Assembly: GCA_030611085.1 (NCBI GenBank)
Contig: JAUWQI010000004.1
Coordinates: 1,731 to 65,730, forward strand
Direction: 5' to 3'
From: Dehalococcoidia bacterium
Lineage (GTDB): Bacteria; Chloroflexota; Dehalococcoidia; GIF9; AB-539-J10
Length of the DNA stretch: 64,000 bases
In this document: positions 1 through 8,703 of the stretch, one piece after another
Layout: each line of letters starts with the position of its first letter
How positions within the stretch are numbered: position 1 is the stretch's first letter
Notes under the pieces: model-generated
Told to the model about the DNA's origin: nothing
The model's input: only the letters and a program-made list of their open reading frames with translations
The model's database searches: none
Position numbers and translations under genes: made by a program

Positions 1-331
1 TATCCCTACTGGTTCTGCCAAAAGCAAAGGCATTGGGCATCGCTACCTGTGAGATGCCCACCCTGGGCTTGGGGAGCTGAGCTTTTCCGGCAAGCTCAGC
101 CACCATCCTATGTAGCTCCGGCGCCTCTTTTTCCGAAACCCACTTTATTCTCATTGTCCTGCCTACTATGGCAGGACCGATAAGATACTGGATGCCGAGG
201 AAGATAAAGGCTATGATGAGGTAAATCCACCAAGCGCCTGCTCCCATCCAAATTCCAACTCCAACAACCACGCCGTAAAGGATGCCGAAGAGCAATGCTA
301 CCAAAAGGAACATTCTTGTCTTAAGCCACAT
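1..331 (-). CDS. htpX: HtpX-family zinc metalloprotease, N-terminal part (3' end lies beyond window start)
   Basis: Own translation from the ATG at 331: MWLKTRMFLLVALLFG...RIKWVSEKEAPELHRMVAELAGKAQLPKPRVGISQVAMPNAFAFGRTSRD. It has two TM helices and the PNAFA.GR block typical of HtpX. It is open-ended, so it is absent from the ORF track. Confidence 0.7.
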   Translation of the reverse strand, partial: MWLKTRMFLLVALLFGILYGVVVGVGIWMGAGAWWIYLIIAFIFLGIQYLIGPAIVGRTMRIKWVSEKEAPELHRMVAELAGKAQLPKPRVGISQVAMPNAFAFGRTSRD

Positions 332-424
332 AGAATTCCTTCCTACATATTATGCGTTTATCTCGCTAATAATATACAAGGAAATAGGAATAAGCAATAA
401 AGGAGTATAGCTCTAGGCAGGCAC

Positions 425-1099
425 CTATTCCCTGGTGATGGAGACTAGTCCTTTCTTTATAGCTACCACCACTGCCTGAGTGCGAGCGTTGGCGTTGAGC
501 TTGCGAAGAATGGAGGTTACATGATTTTTGATGGTCTGCTCGCTGACATCTAACGCATCGGCTATCTGTTTATTGAGGTAGCCTCGAGCCATATAATCAA
601 GTATCTCTGTTTCTCGGGGGGTGAGTGGTGAAATAAAAGTGGCTGCCTCTTTTTCTCTGGAGAGCTCGTGAAACTGCTGTAATATTTGCTCGGCTACCTT
701 CGGTCGGTCTAGCAGATTTTCATTCACGGGGTGCTCACCGCGAGCGCATCGCCGGATAATTTGTGCCAACTCATTTGCACTCACATCCCTGCTAAGGTAA
801 GCCGAGGCGTGAGCTTTAATTGTTTGAAAAAGCTGGAAGTCTTCCGTCTGCGGAGTGAGGATAATAATAGCCACAGTGGGCAGTCGCTGCTTTATGACTT
901 GACATAGTTTTAAGCCATCGGAAGAAGTAACACCAGCACCTAAAAGCACCACATCGGGAGGGGAAATCTCGATAATGGAGAGCACACTTTCATCAATATT
1001 GGCTTCTCCCGAAATCTCTATATCTGTCATCTGGGAGAGGGAGGCACGTATGCCTTCACGGAACAAGGGTTGCTCATCAATTATAAATACTTCAATCAA
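425..1099 (-). CDS. NarL/LuxR-family response regulator (REC + LuxR HTH) with atypical receiver
   Basis: 224-aa ORF. N-terminal receiver (IIDEQP...). C-terminal LTPRETEILDYMARGYLNKQIADALDVSEQTIKNHVTSILRKL is a LuxR-type HTH. Confidence 0.85.
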   Translation of the reverse strand: MIEVFIIDEQPLFREGIRASLSQMTDIEISGEANIDESVLSIIEISPPDVVLLGAGVTSSDGLKLCQVIKQRLPTVAIIILTPQTEDFQLFQTIKAHASAYLSRDVSANELAQIIRRCARGEHPVNENLLDRPKVAEQILQQFHELSREKEAATFISPLTPRETEILDYMARGYLNKQIADALDVSEQTIKNHVTSILRKLNANARTQAVVVAIKKGLVSITRE

Positions 1100-1202
1100 T
1101 TTACCCTCTAATGCCTTATCATCTACATTAGGCTTTAAGTCACCTTACTTTAGTTTAGCATAAATCATATATAGTGCAAAATGCAAGCTTTGAAGCCTAA
1201 AA

Positions 1203-2006
1203 TCACATAAGCCCCAAATACCAGTTGAGTATTTGGCTCCCCCACAATAGCGTAACCATAGCGGCTAGGGAGAGAAAAGGGCCGAAGGGAATCATTTCTT
1301 TACGACTTTTCTTTTTAATTATTATCAAAGCTATAGCCACTATAGCACCTAGAATAGCTCCCATGATTAAGGCAATAAGAATTAAAGGAAAGCCAGTGGC
1401 TAAACCAATTAAAGCAGCTAGCTTCACATCTCCCCAACCCATTCCACCTCGGGAGATAATAGCTATCAGCAAGAATAGCACAAAGCCAATGCCTCCTCCT
1501 ATGGCAGCATTAGCAACTCCGTGAACTAGCCATTGGGTAAGCCATGGTTGGGGCAAAAATAAAGCCAGAAGCAAAGCTGCTGCCATACCAGGATAGACTA
1601 CCTTGTTTAAGATAAGCCCATGCCCTAAGTCAATCACGAAAATTATTATGAACAGGCAGGCATAGAAAGCCATAACCCCGAAAGCTGTAATACCCAAGTC
1701 TGGCTTTAAGATAACACACCACCAGTAGAGGAAAGGGAATATGATGCCCAGTGCAAGTTCCACCCAGAGCAACTTCTTGGGGATAGAAGCGTGGCAATAC
1801 CTACAGCGACCCTTAAGCCAAAGATAGCTGAATATGGGAATAAGGTCTTTTGCCGCTAAATGATGGTGGCAGACTTCGCAGTGAGATGGCGGATTTAAGA
1901 TAGATTCATTCCGAGGCAGGCGGTCAATGCATACATTAAGGAAGCTGCCCACTGTCACACCCAGGATAGCAAAGCCAATTATAGCAAGCACTTCCACAAT
2001 CCTCAT
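1203..2006 (-). CDS. pilD: prepilin (type IV leader) peptidase, A24 family
   Basis: 267-aa polytopic membrane ORF. GSFLNVCIDRLP...CEVCHHHL...GRCRYC zinc-binding N-domain and the GWGDVKL aspartyl-peptidase motif. Confidence 0.85.
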   Translation of the reverse strand: MRIVEVLAIIGFAILGVTVGSFLNVCIDRLPRNESILNPPSHCEVCHHHLAAKDLIPIFSYLWLKGRCRYCHASIPKKLLWVELALGIIFPFLYWWCVILKPDLGITAFGVMAFYACLFIIIFVIDLGHGLILNKVVYPGMAAALLLALFLPQPWLTQWLVHGVANAAIGGGIGFVLFLLIAIISRGGMGWGDVKLAALIGLATGFPLILIALIMGAILGAIVAIALIIIKKKSRKEMIPFGPFLSLAAMVTLLWGSQILNWYLGLM

Positions 2007-2085
2007 TGTGACTGTTTGGCAAGTAAATTGTCAACATTTAGTTAGTTGACACCTATTAGGAAATTGACTAAACTTAGATTGAATA

Positions 2086-3444
2086 ATGACAACAGAAGTT
2101 CACAAGCCATGGCAAAATGAGAAGGTAGCAAAGCTCTTGGAGGCAATGCTTCAGGGAACCATCTTGGAGATAAAGCCGCAGCTTAATGTGCAATCCGAGC
2201 TAGGTTTTTCCTTTCCCAGTGTAAACCAGCTTCTCAATATTACAGATAAAGAAGCAGTGGCAATCCTGGAGTCTTTGGCTGAGGAGGGCATATTGGTGAA
2301 GAAGTTCTTCGACAAGTTCCTCCATTGTCCTCAGTGTGGGTCAATGAATCTCAGGCCTGTTTACTGCTGCCCCAAATGCGGCTCGGGCAATATCATCCGA
2401 GGTAGAGTGCTAGAACATTTGGTATGTAAATATGCTAGCACAGAGGATGAGTTCCTTTTTAAGGGTAGGCTAGTATGCCCCAAATGCAAGCAGGAATTGC
2501 ATACCGTGGATGCTGATTACCGCAGCCTGGGAGTGTTATACAAATGTCATGGCTGTGAGGAGATATTCAATCAGCCAACGATAAAATGGAGCTGCCTCAA
2601 GTGTTCTTCCATTACTGTCGGGGGTAAAATCGCTGAGGTAGACGCTTATTCCTATTCCCTGAATAAGGAGAAAAGAAACTGGCTACAATTTGAGATTAAG
2701 CCTAAAGCACGGCTTTTACAGTTTCTCCAAAGCCGGGGATATGAGGTAAAGGAAAATGTCAGGGTGAAAGGCGGGTCAGGTGCAGAACACGCCTTCGACA
2801 TTTTAGCCACCAGAGATGATGGCATCGTGCTGCATAATATCGCCATTGGCGTTGAGGTAACTGACAAGCCTCTGAGTCTAGAGAAGGTATTTGGCTTTGA
2901 TGACAAAACCTACGACACTGGTATTCGGGATAAGGTGTTAATTGCCATCCCTGGAGTTGCTCCAGAGGCAAGTCGCTTCGCTGCCAGACAGAGAATAAAA
3001 ATACTGGAATCTAAAAATTTAGAGCCATTTCTGGCTAGTAGCATTTTCCCCCCGATAGCTAGAGAACCTGAAACTGAACTGGAGAGGGTACCCTTCCACT
3101 TCAAATCAAGGTCAGAGCTCATTAGCGATCTCCAAAACCGTGGCTATGAAATAAAAGAGAATACCAAGATAATAGGCAGGTCGGGTGCAGAGCATAGCAT
3201 AGACATTCTAGCTACCAGGGATGATGGCATAGTGATCTATAATATTATCATTGCCATCGAGATAACAGATAAGCCCATAGGCATAGACAAAGTGTTTGAT
3301 TTCGATGACAAAGCCTATGATTGTGGTATTTTCGACAAGGTATTAATCGCAGTCCCAAGCTTAACTCCAGAAGCCAGCCGCTTTGCCCAAAGGCAGCGAA
3401 TTAAGGTATTCGAAGCCGAGACGCTTGAGTTGGAGTCACGCTAG
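2086..3444 (+). CDS. zinc-ribbon protein with tandemly duplicated C-terminal domain, function unknown
   Basis: 452-aa ORF. Paired Cys motifs (CPQCGS..CCPKCGSG, CPKCKQ..CHGCEE, CLKCSS). Two ~100-aa repeats: RGYEVKENVRVKGGSGAEHAFDILATRDDGIV... and RGYEIKENTKIIGRSGAEHSIDILATRDDGIV... Confidence 0.7.
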   Translation: MTTEVHKPWQNEKVAKLLEAMLQGTILEIKPQLNVQSELGFSFPSVNQLLNITDKEAVAILESLAEEGILVKKFFDKFLHCPQCGSMNLRPVYCCPKCGSGNIIRGRVLEHLVCKYASTEDEFLFKGRLVCPKCKQELHTVDADYRSLGVLYKCHGCEEIFNQPTIKWSCLKCSSITVGGKIAEVDAYSYSLNKEKRNWLQFEIKPKARLLQFLQSRGYEVKENVRVKGGSGAEHAFDILATRDDGIVLHNIAIGVEVTDKPLSLEKVFGFDDKTYDTGIRDKVLIAIPGVAPEASRFAARQRIKILESKNLEPFLASSIFPPIAREPETELERVPFHFKSRSELISDLQNRGYEIKENTKIIGRSGAEHSIDILATRDDGIVIYNIIIAIEITDKPIGIDKVFDFDDKAYDCGIFDKVLIAVPSLTPEASRFAQRQRIKVFEAETLELESR

Positions 3445-3630
3445 GTCTAAATATCGCTGCTCAGCGGAATCTTCAGCAGATTAAAGAAGAGCATCACTTT
3501 TCACGGCGCAGGTACTATTAGCCAGAATATAGCCTTGAGCAGAACCAATTAAGGCTCGTGGCGCCAATAAAATACAAGCTTCTCCATCAATACGGAGTTA
3601 AATAATACTTAAGCCCAGTTGACGCCCATA

Positions 3631-4266
3631 CTATTTTGGGGATAGGAAGAGATGCTTGAATTGAGTCAAATCGCTAAGAGATTCCCGATGGTTTCCTCCC
3701 AATCTATCAAGATGAAAGGCGTTTATGCCAACTTGCTTGGAATTGAGAAAATCAAATTGCCTGTTATCACCCACATGGGCAACTCGATTTGGCTGCACAT
3801 TCATTTCCTGGCATATAGCAAGATAAAACTCAGGATTCTTTATTTGCCGGTAATGGGATATAGCGGAGAAGATGTGGGTGAAATAAGATTCTACATCTCG
3901 CAACAAGTAATGCAACAACTCGATTGGAGTGCCTGAGGCAATAACTAACTTATATTTGCTAGCAAGAGAAGAAAGAACTTCATTTACCTCGGGATAGTAG
4001 CATGCCTTATTCAAACAGCTTTCAATCACTGGTTCGGGAGCACCCAAGCCCAGAGAGTTAAACCAGTATCTTACATCATACCATTCCAGTTGCTGGTCGC
4101 CTATCCTGTCATACTCTTCGGTGAGAACCTTCTTAGCCTGGGAAAGGTCAAGGCCATGTTTTTGGGCATAAAGAGAGGGGATGGCTTCATGCCATAAAGC
4201 CTGGCTGAAGTCAGGCGTCACTAATGTTCCTTCAGCATCAAAGGAAATTACTTCGATTTGGTCCAT
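3631..4266 (-). CDS. HAD-superfamily hydrolase
   Basis: 211-aa ORF. Motif I ISFDAEGTLV and motif IV HVGDNRQFD. Confidence 0.75.
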   Translation of the reverse strand: MDQIEVISFDAEGTLVTPDFSQALWHEAIPSLYAQKHGLDLSQAKKVLTEEYDRIGDQQLEWYDVRYWFNSLGLGAPEPVIESCLNKACYYPEVNEVLSSLASKYKLVIASGTPIELLHYLLRDVESYFTHIFSAISHYRQIKNPEFYLAICQEMNVQPNRVAHVGDNRQFDFLNSKQVGINAFHLDRLGGNHRESLSDLTQFKHLFLSPK

Positions 4267-4344
4267 TTAAGTTGTTAATACTACCATAGTCACAAACTAG
4301 AAGTCTATTTGTTAACCTTTCCCAGTTAAGATAAAATAGCAGCG

Positions 4345-5514
4345 ATGGGGCTGAACTATTACCTAGGCGCGGAGAAACTAACCCACACATTTGAGATGGG
4401 CCCTATAAGGCCTCCCAGTGAGGCTTACTCTTTGCTGATAAGGGCCACTAGAAATTGCCCCTGGAATAAGTGCCAATTCTGCCATGCTTACAAAGGCAGC
4501 AAGTTCGAGCTGAGACCAGTTGAGGAAATCTTAAAAGATATTGAGGCAGCTAAAACTATCAGCGAGGGCATAAAGGAGTTAAGCTGGAGAATAGGCTATG
4601 GCGATGGGATTAAGGAAGTGGCAGAAACGCTTCTTAATCAGCCTCAATATGGGCAATGTGTGCATAATGTTGCCCTATGGTTTTGGGCTGGAGCTGAGTC
4701 AGCTTTTCTTCAAGACTCCAACACGCTTATCATGCGCACTCCGGAGCTAATTCAGGTGATTACTTTTTTGAAGCAGACCTTCCCTAGCTTAAACAGAGTA
4801 ACTTCTTATGCTCGCTCTCATACTACGGCGAGAAAGTCACTAGAGGAGTTAAAAGAGCTTAAAGATGCCGGATTGGATAGGATTCATACCGGACTGGAAA
4901 GTGGATATAACCCTGTGCTCACCTACATGCAAAAGGGGTGCACCGCGGAGCAGCAAATTAAAGGCGGAGTAAAAGTGGTGCAAGCAGGTATCTCCTTATG
5001 TGAATATGTCATGCCTGGATTGGGAGGCAAGAAAATGTCCCAGGAACATGCAAAGGAGACAGCCAAAGTGCTAAATGAAATCAATCCTGATTATATCAGG
5101 TTACGCAGCCTTCATATCCGACCAGATACAACTTTATGGTCCAAGTTCCAAGATGGAGATTTCGAATTGCAAACAGAGGATGAGGTAGTAGAGGAAATAG
5201 GCAATTTTATAAATAATCTGGAGGTTACTAGCTACCTTAAAAGTGACCATATACTTAATCTATTGATGGAAGTGGAAGGCAAAATGCCAGAGGATAAAGA
5301 GAAATGCCTCAATACCATAAATCAATATCTATCATTGCCCGAGGAGGAAAGGCTCAACTTCAGATTGGGGAAGAGGGCGGGCTATTATGAAAAGCTAGCT
5401 GACCTGGCTGATAGCTACAGGCACTACAAAATTGGTGAAGTCATAAAGCACATCCAGTCAAAAGGCGAAAATGTAGACCAAGTGATATTCAGAGTAAAGA
5501 ATAGCTTTATTTAG
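4345..5514 (+). CDS. radical SAM domain protein
   Basis: 389-aa ORF. Cys triad in TRNCPWNKCQFCHAYKG, glycine-rich SAM region and a TIM-barrel-like length. Confidence 0.7.
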   Translation: MGLNYYLGAEKLTHTFEMGPIRPPSEAYSLLIRATRNCPWNKCQFCHAYKGSKFELRPVEEILKDIEAAKTISEGIKELSWRIGYGDGIKEVAETLLNQPQYGQCVHNVALWFWAGAESAFLQDSNTLIMRTPELIQVITFLKQTFPSLNRVTSYARSHTTARKSLEELKELKDAGLDRIHTGLESGYNPVLTYMQKGCTAEQQIKGGVKVVQAGISLCEYVMPGLGGKKMSQEHAKETAKVLNEINPDYIRLRSLHIRPDTTLWSKFQDGDFELQTEDEVVEEIGNFINNLEVTSYLKSDHILNLLMEVEGKMPEDKEKCLNTINQYLSLPEEERLNFRLGKRAGYYEKLADLADSYRHYKIGEVIKHIQSKGENVDQVIFRVKNSFI

Positions 5515-5640
5515 AAAGAAATCAATGGCAAAGGGCTTCTTGAACTTAAACCGCTTTAAGCACGGCAAGGCGATAAAGCAAAACAGCAAGCAAAGGGCTG
5601 ATTTGCAAAGCAGGAAAAAGACTAAAGGCCGTTTAAAAGT

Positions 5641-5690
5641 GTAGTTGCCCAATTTATTGGGCGAGTGTGCCTGATTCATCAGGCAACTAC
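5641..5690. repeat. Family-A structured repeat (GTAGTT-hairpin-hairpin-AACTAC)
   Basis: gtagttGCCCAAtttaTTGGGCgagtgtGCCTGATtcATCAGGCaactac. The outer 6-bp stem encloses two hairpins. It lies just 3' of the radical SAM gene. Confidence 0.85.
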
Positions 5691-5766
5691 GAAAACTTGG
5701 AGATAAATGGCTTCCAGGATACCCGAAATTGAACGGAGGTCAAAATCAAAAAGGAGATAAAACATT

Positions 5767-6126
5767 ATGGCAAAAATTGATAAATTAAGCTTCGGCTCCA
5801 TAGTCATCGATGGCAAGAAACATCGTAAAGATGTCCTTATCTTTGCCGACGGCACGGTAAAGAAAAGGAAAGGCGGTCTTTTGATATTCGGCAGTCACAA
5901 TATCAAAAAAGAGGAAATCGAGGAATTAGCCCAAGGGAAACCCGAAATGATAATCATTGGCACCGGCACTGATGGTAAAGCTAGCTTAGCCGCCGGGGTA
6001 GAAAACTGGGCCAAGGAAAAGAACTTAAACCTGACAGTTCAGCTCTCTTACGAGGCTACAGCCACGCTAAACGAGCTTGTCGAGCAAAAGAAAAAGGTCG
6101 CTGCCCTGATTCATATAACTTGCTAG
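5767..6126 (+). CDS. Mth938-like (DUF498) domain protein
   Basis: 119-aa ORF. SFGSIVIDGKKHRKDVLIF...SHNIKKEEIEEL...IIIGTGTDG resembles the Mth938/NDUFAF3-like family. RBS aaaggag lies upstream. Confidence 0.55.
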   Translation: MAKIDKLSFGSIVIDGKKHRKDVLIFADGTVKKRKGGLLIFGSHNIKKEEIEELAQGKPEMIIIGTGTDGKASLAAGVENWAKEKNLNLTVQLSYEATATLNELVEQKKKVAALIHITC

Positions 6127-6228
6127 AACCCTGGGCTTTATTCGAACTCGTTCTTCCCCATGGCAACAAATATGATTGTTGGTATCCCGCTGTCTATCCA
6201 AATATAATTAATCATATACCAATGTGTC

Positions 6229-6393
6229 TCATAATCCCCCAAGGAGGCTCCCCCACGGTATAAGCGATGGAAGAAACGACATGCCTACCAGGAACACAAT
6301 CAGGCCAATTACTCCGTATATTCCCAAGCTGATAAGAAACATTCTCCAAAACAATCCCCAAGCTAATCTCCAGGTTGGTTTAATCTCATCCAT
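6229..6393 (-). CDS. small hydrophobic membrane protein (54 aa), hypothetical
   Basis: Own translation: MDEIKPTWRLAWGLFWRMFLISLGIYGVIGLIVFLVGMSFLPSLIPWGSLLGGL. It is preceded by a strong RBS (aaaggaggt). It is below the ORF-track size cutoff. Confidence 0.35.
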   Translation of the reverse strand: MDEIKPTWRLAWGLFWRMFLISLGIYGVIGLIVFLVGMSFLPSLIPWGSLLGGL

Positions 6394-6514
6394 TCTCTAA
6401 TACCTCCTTTTATTTTTTAGCGATAAAATACATTTATTGCCTTTCGTTGTCAATACCCTAGAAGCTCAAGTCAATAATATTATAGTAAATGGCAGGGCTT
6501 TTTAGCACCATAAG

Positions 6515-7915
6515 TTAAGGTTGAAGCCCCTTGGCCATATAATCGCCCGTTAATTTATAACCGAGTGAGCGATAATACTCCCTGGCACCGATGCCACTCA
6601 GGATATGCAGTCTTTCGATATGGAATTCCTTCATAGTAATTTGCTCCGCCTCCCAGAGCAACTTTTCCCCCAACCCCTGGTGCTGGGCAGCTTGCGTTCG
6701 CTTTTCACCTAAGGGAACCTCGGGACCAAAGATGTGCAACTCCCTGATGAGAGCCGAGTCAATATTAGAGCCTGTATGGAAACCTTTATTAATTCTCAAC
6801 CTCAATAAGCCAAATAAAGTCTCATTGGCATCCTCGAAGGAAAGAAAAATCTCCTTTCCTCCGTAAGTCTCATAGTCTATTCTGGTTAGCCTGGGCTCGC
6901 CGATTATCCAACCATCCCTTAAGCGATGTCCATATTCTCGACAGCGAATACAGTTACATTGAAGTCCCATTTGGCTCATCCGCTTCCTAATGGTTCCTCT
7001 GAGTGCCAGGTCCTTGCTGCCGGCGATGATAAATTTGCTGGGGATATCTCTCATCAGCCTGGGAACCCGGACATATTTAGGAATTAAGGTTTTTATTTCA
7101 ATAAGCAAATCTATCATTTCCTCTTCAGCATAGGGATGATAGCGGTTATCGCGGTACCAATTTTCCAGCTCGCTTCCCACAACCACCAGCGTGGGGTAAA
7201 GCTTGAGTCCATCGGGGCGGAAGCGCTCATCATTAAATACCTTCTGGGATAGCTCTAAATCATGCTCAGGCGTTGACCCGGGTAAACCGGGCATCCAATG
7301 GTAGTAAACTTTAAAGCCATAATCTCTTAACAGCCTGGTAGCGGAGATGATCTCCTTTATTCCATGACCTCTCTTCGTCAGACGATGAATATCATCATCC
7401 AAGGTTTGCACTCCGAGCTCCACTCTGGTGGCGCCAAAATCAAGCATGCTCCTTATCTCCTCCTCACCACAAAAGTCAGGCCTGGTCTCGATACACAATC
7501 CTACGCAGCGATGTTCAGCAGTTTCATTTAATCTTTTGGCTTCCTCTAAATTGATGGAGGGGATACCATTGAGGGCATCATAGCAATCCCTGATAAATTG
7601 ATACTGATAATCCCGGGGATAGGCTAGAAAGGTGCCCCCCATAACAATAAGCTCCACCTTGTCTAGTGCATGTCCCATATCAGCCAAAGTCTTAAGCCTG
7701 AGCTCCACTTGCTTTCTGGGTTCAAAATTGCACTTTCGGGCACGAAGGACTGCTGGGGATTCCACAGTATAGCTCTTCGGCGCATCGGGAGAACTGGGGC
7801 AATAAACACACTCGCCGGGGCAAGGAAATGGTTTGGCCATAACCGCCACTGGAGTCACCCCTGAAATAGTTCGAGTTGCTTTCTTCAATTTAGGTTTCTG
7901 CAAACTAACGACCAT
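6515..7915 (-). CDS. elp3: Elp3-type radical SAM/GNAT tRNA U34 modification enzyme
   Basis: PFPCPGECVYCP radical SAM cluster, a central Elp3 core and a C-terminal GNAT (QHQGLGEKLLWEAE). I place the start at MVVSLQKPK (ATG 7915). The longer track ORF overlaps the divergent gene. Confidence 0.8.
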   Translation of the reverse strand: MVVSLQKPKLKKATRTISGVTPVAVMAKPFPCPGECVYCPSSPDAPKSYTVESPAVLRARKCNFEPRKQVELRLKTLADMGHALDKVELIVMGGTFLAYPRDYQYQFIRDCYDALNGIPSINLEEAKRLNETAEHRCVGLCIETRPDFCGEEEIRSMLDFGATRVELGVQTLDDDIHRLTKRGHGIKEIISATRLLRDYGFKVYYHWMPGLPGSTPEHDLELSQKVFNDERFRPDGLKLYPTLVVVGSELENWYRDNRYHPYAEEEMIDLLIEIKTLIPKYVRVPRLMRDIPSKFIIAGSKDLALRGTIRKRMSQMGLQCNCIRCREYGHRLRDGWIIGEPRLTRIDYETYGGKEIFLSFEDANETLFGLLRLRINKGFHTGSNIDSALIRELHIFGPEVPLGEKRTQAAQHQGLGEKLLWEAEQITMKEFHIERLHILSGIGAREYYRSLGYKLTGDYMAKGLQP

Positions 7916-7952
7916 AACCTTATATATGCTACAGTTTAGCAAGCTTAGACCC

Positions 7953-8606
7953 ATGACTACAAATAGGGAAGTTTTCGACCAGATAGCTGAGAGCTGGTAT
8001 CGAGTGAGACATTGGCCCCGGCTAAGGGAAGAGCTTGAAGTGCTAGCACAAAAATGGCAGGGAGGAAAGCTGCTAAATGTGGGCTGTGCCCATGGCCCTG
8101 ACTTTCTACCTTTTAAGCAAGGCTTTGAACTCTGGGGCGTGGATTCTTCCCCAGCTATGCTCAAACAAGCTCTGAGATATTCAGCCAAATTCCAGTTCCA
8201 GGTTAAATTGGTGGTAGCTGATGCGCTCTCGTTACCCTTTCCAAATGATTCCTTTGACTGGGCAATATCAGTGGCCGCTTATCATCACATCAAGGGAAAG
8301 GATGAAAGGGAAAGGGTATTTATGGAGTTAAAACGGGTGTTAAAGCCTGGCGGCGAGGCTTTCTTAACTGTGTGGAATTATAGGCAGCCTAGGTTCTGGC
8401 TAAAATCGAAAGACCAGGAGGTGCCCTGGAGGCTGAGGGGAAAGACTGTTTATCGCTATTACCACCTTTTCTCTTATGGTGAGCTTAAAAAGCTTTTGAC
8501 CAAAGCTGGTTTGGAAATCATTACGATGTCAGCGGAGAAATCCTACCACTTCCCCATAAAGAACTTCTCCCACAATATATGCGCTCTGGTGAAGAAACGT
8601 CGCTAA
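7953..8606 (+). CDS. class I SAM-dependent methyltransferase, Trm9-like
   Basis: LNVGCAHGPD (motif I). ISVAAYHHIKGKDERERVFMELKRVLKPGGEAFLTVWNYRQ resembles the Trm9/ALKBH8 methyltransferase core. Start chosen at MTTNREVFDQ. Confidence 0.7.
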   Translation: MTTNREVFDQIAESWYRVRHWPRLREELEVLAQKWQGGKLLNVGCAHGPDFLPFKQGFELWGVDSSPAMLKQALRYSAKFQFQVKLVVADALSLPFPNDSFDWAISVAAYHHIKGKDERERVFMELKRVLKPGGEAFLTVWNYRQPRFWLKSKDQEVPWRLRGKTVYRYYHLFSYGELKKLLTKAGLEIITMSAEKSYHFPIKNFSHNICALVKKRR

Positions 8607-8643
8607 GTAGGCTAGCCTTTCATTATGTCGCTGTGTCTCCTCC

Positions 8644-8703
8644 CTGTCATTGCGGCGAGCCGAAGGCGTGGCAGTCAGCGAAGGGGAAGCGTGGCGATCT
8701 CTC
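8644..8703. repeat. Family-B repeat unit (forward), left flank of GIY-YIG gene
   Basis: ctgtcattgcggcgagccgaaggcgtggcagtcagcgaaggggaagcgtggcgatctc. It closely matches the sequence inserted in hisC (60880-60925). Confidence 0.8.

Noticed and set aside
2652-3122. Numerous 60-170-aa antisense or off-frame track ORFs inside long genes (for example 2652-2906, 13347-13532, 18316-18570, 20219-20554, 40631-41044, 47328-47822, 54138-54533).
   Set aside because: They lie fully within well-supported CDSs on the opposite strand or in another frame. They show no motifs and have low-complexity composition typical of shadow ORFs.
7916-8188. The 5' extension of the elp3 track ORF (557 aa, start at 8188), which overlaps the divergent methyltransferase.
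   Set aside because: The extension (MAEYLRACLSIAGEES...) has no Elp3 similarity and overlaps the conserved N-terminus of the opposite-strand methyltransferase. The internal Met at 7915 gives a typical ~467-aa bacterial Elp3.
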